A DNA stretch of 62,853 nucleotides, the filler included, from Rhabdomonas costata (lineage: Eukaryota), in NCBI GenBank assembly GCA_019059605.1. It is 32 parts of 32 records of this genome, joined end to end, with 100 filler letters (N's around TTAATTAATTAA, not from the genome) between each part and the next. Parts side by side here need not be neighbours in the genome. Positions count along the whole stretch, not along the records: positions 60,988 to 62,853 come from JAHMHO010007998.1; 31 more parts are not named here. One strand, written 5' to 3'. Position 1 is the stretch's first letter. Every line of letters starts with the position of its first letter. Position numbers and translations under genes: made by a program. Below are positions 60,988 through 62,853 of the stretch, piece by piece. The notes below the pieces were generated by a model. The model was not told the DNA's origin. It worked only from the letters and a program-made list of their open reading frames with translations, and ran no database searches.

Positions 60988-62840
60988 ACTTCTTCGTGGC
61001 GGTGCAGAAGGAAAGGACGGCTGCCGAGAGGGAGTGGACAGCGGCTGACCTTACAGAGCTGCTGCTCGTGCCAGGGCTTTGAGGGGGTGGGGCGGGTAGG
61101 GCGGTGTTTGGAGGTGCGCCCGGAGTGCAGGACCCACGGACACCGGCTCTGCTGCGCGGGCTTCTGGCAGGGCTAGCGTCTAAGCTGATGCACTACATGG
61201 CCACGAGTGTAGGAGCTTGACCTTGTCCCAGGCCTTGATGCTCTTCGTGGCGTCCGCACCGATAGTCTCGAGCTGCTTCAACCCGGTCGAGACCTGGCGT
61301 CCCACCCCGTCCAGGGCCTCGACAATGAGCTCTCCCCTGTCTGGCGCTGGCAGGCGGTACTTCCTCAGCACCCAGGTTGCGACGGACTTCCCGGGAACAG
61401 CAGAGTTGAAGCCGTAGGGCTACATACTGTTCAGGCGCCTGACCCTCGCGGGGTCGCGAAGTACCGGAACTTGTTCACGGTGGCCTTCCGAGTACTTGTA
61501 CTTGTTCTCCTGGATCACCTTCAGAGGGAAGATCACGAAGGAGAGCGGTGAGATCTCGTTCGCGCTGTGGAACAGGTCCGTCGCCGTCTTTCGCTCGTGC
61601 CAGTGCTGCTGTTCCCTCTCCCAGTACTTGCTCACTGACTGTCCGACGAACCACTTGCTCGTCGCGAGGTGGTGGTTCCGCAGCAAATTAAGAGGCAGGT
61701 TTTCTTTTTTAGACGGCTTTCACAGCACGCAAGAGAATGCAGAATAGCAACGAAGCTTGTTTGTTTGGGACTGCCCACAGGCAGCCCTCCAGCTTCTCGG
61801 CAGTTGCCTTGGAGCATGTAAGGTTGTCCATTCTTCCAGGACGAATCCTCCCGGCATGATGCGGCCCTTTTTGGTGAGGCTCTGGGCCCGGTGCGTCACG
61901 GAGGCGGTATGCGCAGAGGGCTCCGGAACAAAGCGGTAGCGAAGGTTGGTGTGGGTAACGCCATCACGGTTCTCTTGGCAGAGAAAGAGATGCATCGGCT
62001 GTCCCCTGTGGAGGGCTGCTGCATCGGCTGGTTATCACCCCTGTTCAACGTGTTTGGCACCTCTTCCGAGGATGCCCCACCAGCGGTAGTGAAGCGTGTG
62101 TTGGGCTCCTCCATGTCGGAGGACATCAGGTCGCCGCTGCGTTGCTGCGCAAGAACCGTCCCCGCCTTCCTCCACGTCTGGCCAGTTTTGGTGGCGCAGG
62201 TGCTGAGAACCGTGGATCGAGAGCTGGCCGGCTGGCGCGACAAGTGCGCCAGATATGGCCACAGCTGAGCCTATTGCGGGCAGCGCCCCGCATGGTTTCC
62301 CCCTGTCCAGTGCCGGCATCCGTGTTGAAAAAGCTTCGGGCTGAGGTTCATGCTGCGCTGATGGCTGCCTTCTGCGAGGCGGACACCGCAGTTTACGCTA
62401 AAGGTAGAGATCACTGCAGTGTGCTGGTCCTGTGTCAGGAGCTTTGGCAGAAGCTGCAATTTGCAACTTTTCTGGAGAAGTTGGGGTGCAGGACTGCGAA
62501 TTTGTCTTCCTCTACCGAGGACGTGGCGCATGCGCTATCTATTCGGGAATCCTTCTTGGCTGCTGTTGCGTGTGCGGGGTCGTGGATCGGGAGATCACCC
62601 CCAGGAAGGCAGGAGCGGCCACGTTGTTATTGGACAGTGAAGCAGAATAGCCTGAAAAAAAGTGAAACCGCGGCCGGCGTGCTGGCATCCTTGTAAGTGT
62701 AGAACTGGTTGCGCGGAGGCGGGAATTCCTGTGCGTGTGGCCTTCCAGTCCGGTACCGGGACAACTTCTTCGTGGCGGTGCAGAAGGAAAGGACGGCTGC
62801 CGAGAGGGAGTGGACAGCGGCTGACCTTACAGAGCTGCTG
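60988..62840. mobile_element. 1776-bp circular or tandem unit of a decayed Penelope-like retroelement: RT motifs on +, GIY-YIG on -
   Basis: Exact 77-bp repeat at both ends (60988-61064 = 62764-62840); + strand RPRCYWTVKQ, GVLASL, VRYRDNFF reading through the repeat to CLEV; - strand WFVGQSV..WEREQQHW..FATPR..RLNSM*PYGFN. Confidence 0.7.
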
Positions 62841-62853
62841 TCCACCCCCACAA

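Overview
This window is not one locus. It is 32 unrelated contigs of about 1.87 kb, joined by artificial 100-nt spacers (N-run, TTAATTAATTAA, N-run). Most contigs start with a G/T-rich tail and end with a C/A-rich tail, and three begin with a perfect fold-back, which points to an amplified or tailed low-input library. The DNA is from an intron-rich eukaryote. Receptor-type and 'EWMY'-type adenylate cyclases, a CRE-like retroposon and short GC-rich exons between mostly GT-AG introns suggest a euglenozoan, probably a euglenid (inference). Hand-spliced gene fragments include a KP-43/TagC-like subtilase, LRRC9, PCCB, an O-fucosyltransferase, MSH6, a torsin-like AAA+ ATPase, an IPT/TIG protein, two adenylate cyclases, AAGAB/p34, CFAP47, ornithine decarboxylase, a PDR-type ABCG transporter, a CHK/EcKinase-like kinase, ARL3, ATG9, a MYST acetyltransferase and an insulinase. 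Two intronless NLR-like pieces (DUF4062-NACHT; high-identity WD40 repeats) are also present. Mobile DNA includes an open CRE-like RT-RLE ORF, decayed Ty3/gypsy pieces and a Penelope-like GIY-YIG/RT family. The two most unusual signals are (1) a ~400-bp intronic cluster of nine hairpins built from tandem sheared G.A pairs, foldable only on the + strand (7363-7761), and (2) a 1776-bp circular or tandem unit with a Penelope-like RT (YxDN variant) and an inverted GIY-YIG domain, with a second diverged GIY-YIG copy at ~5950-6260. All calls are by-eye motif recognition; no searches were run.
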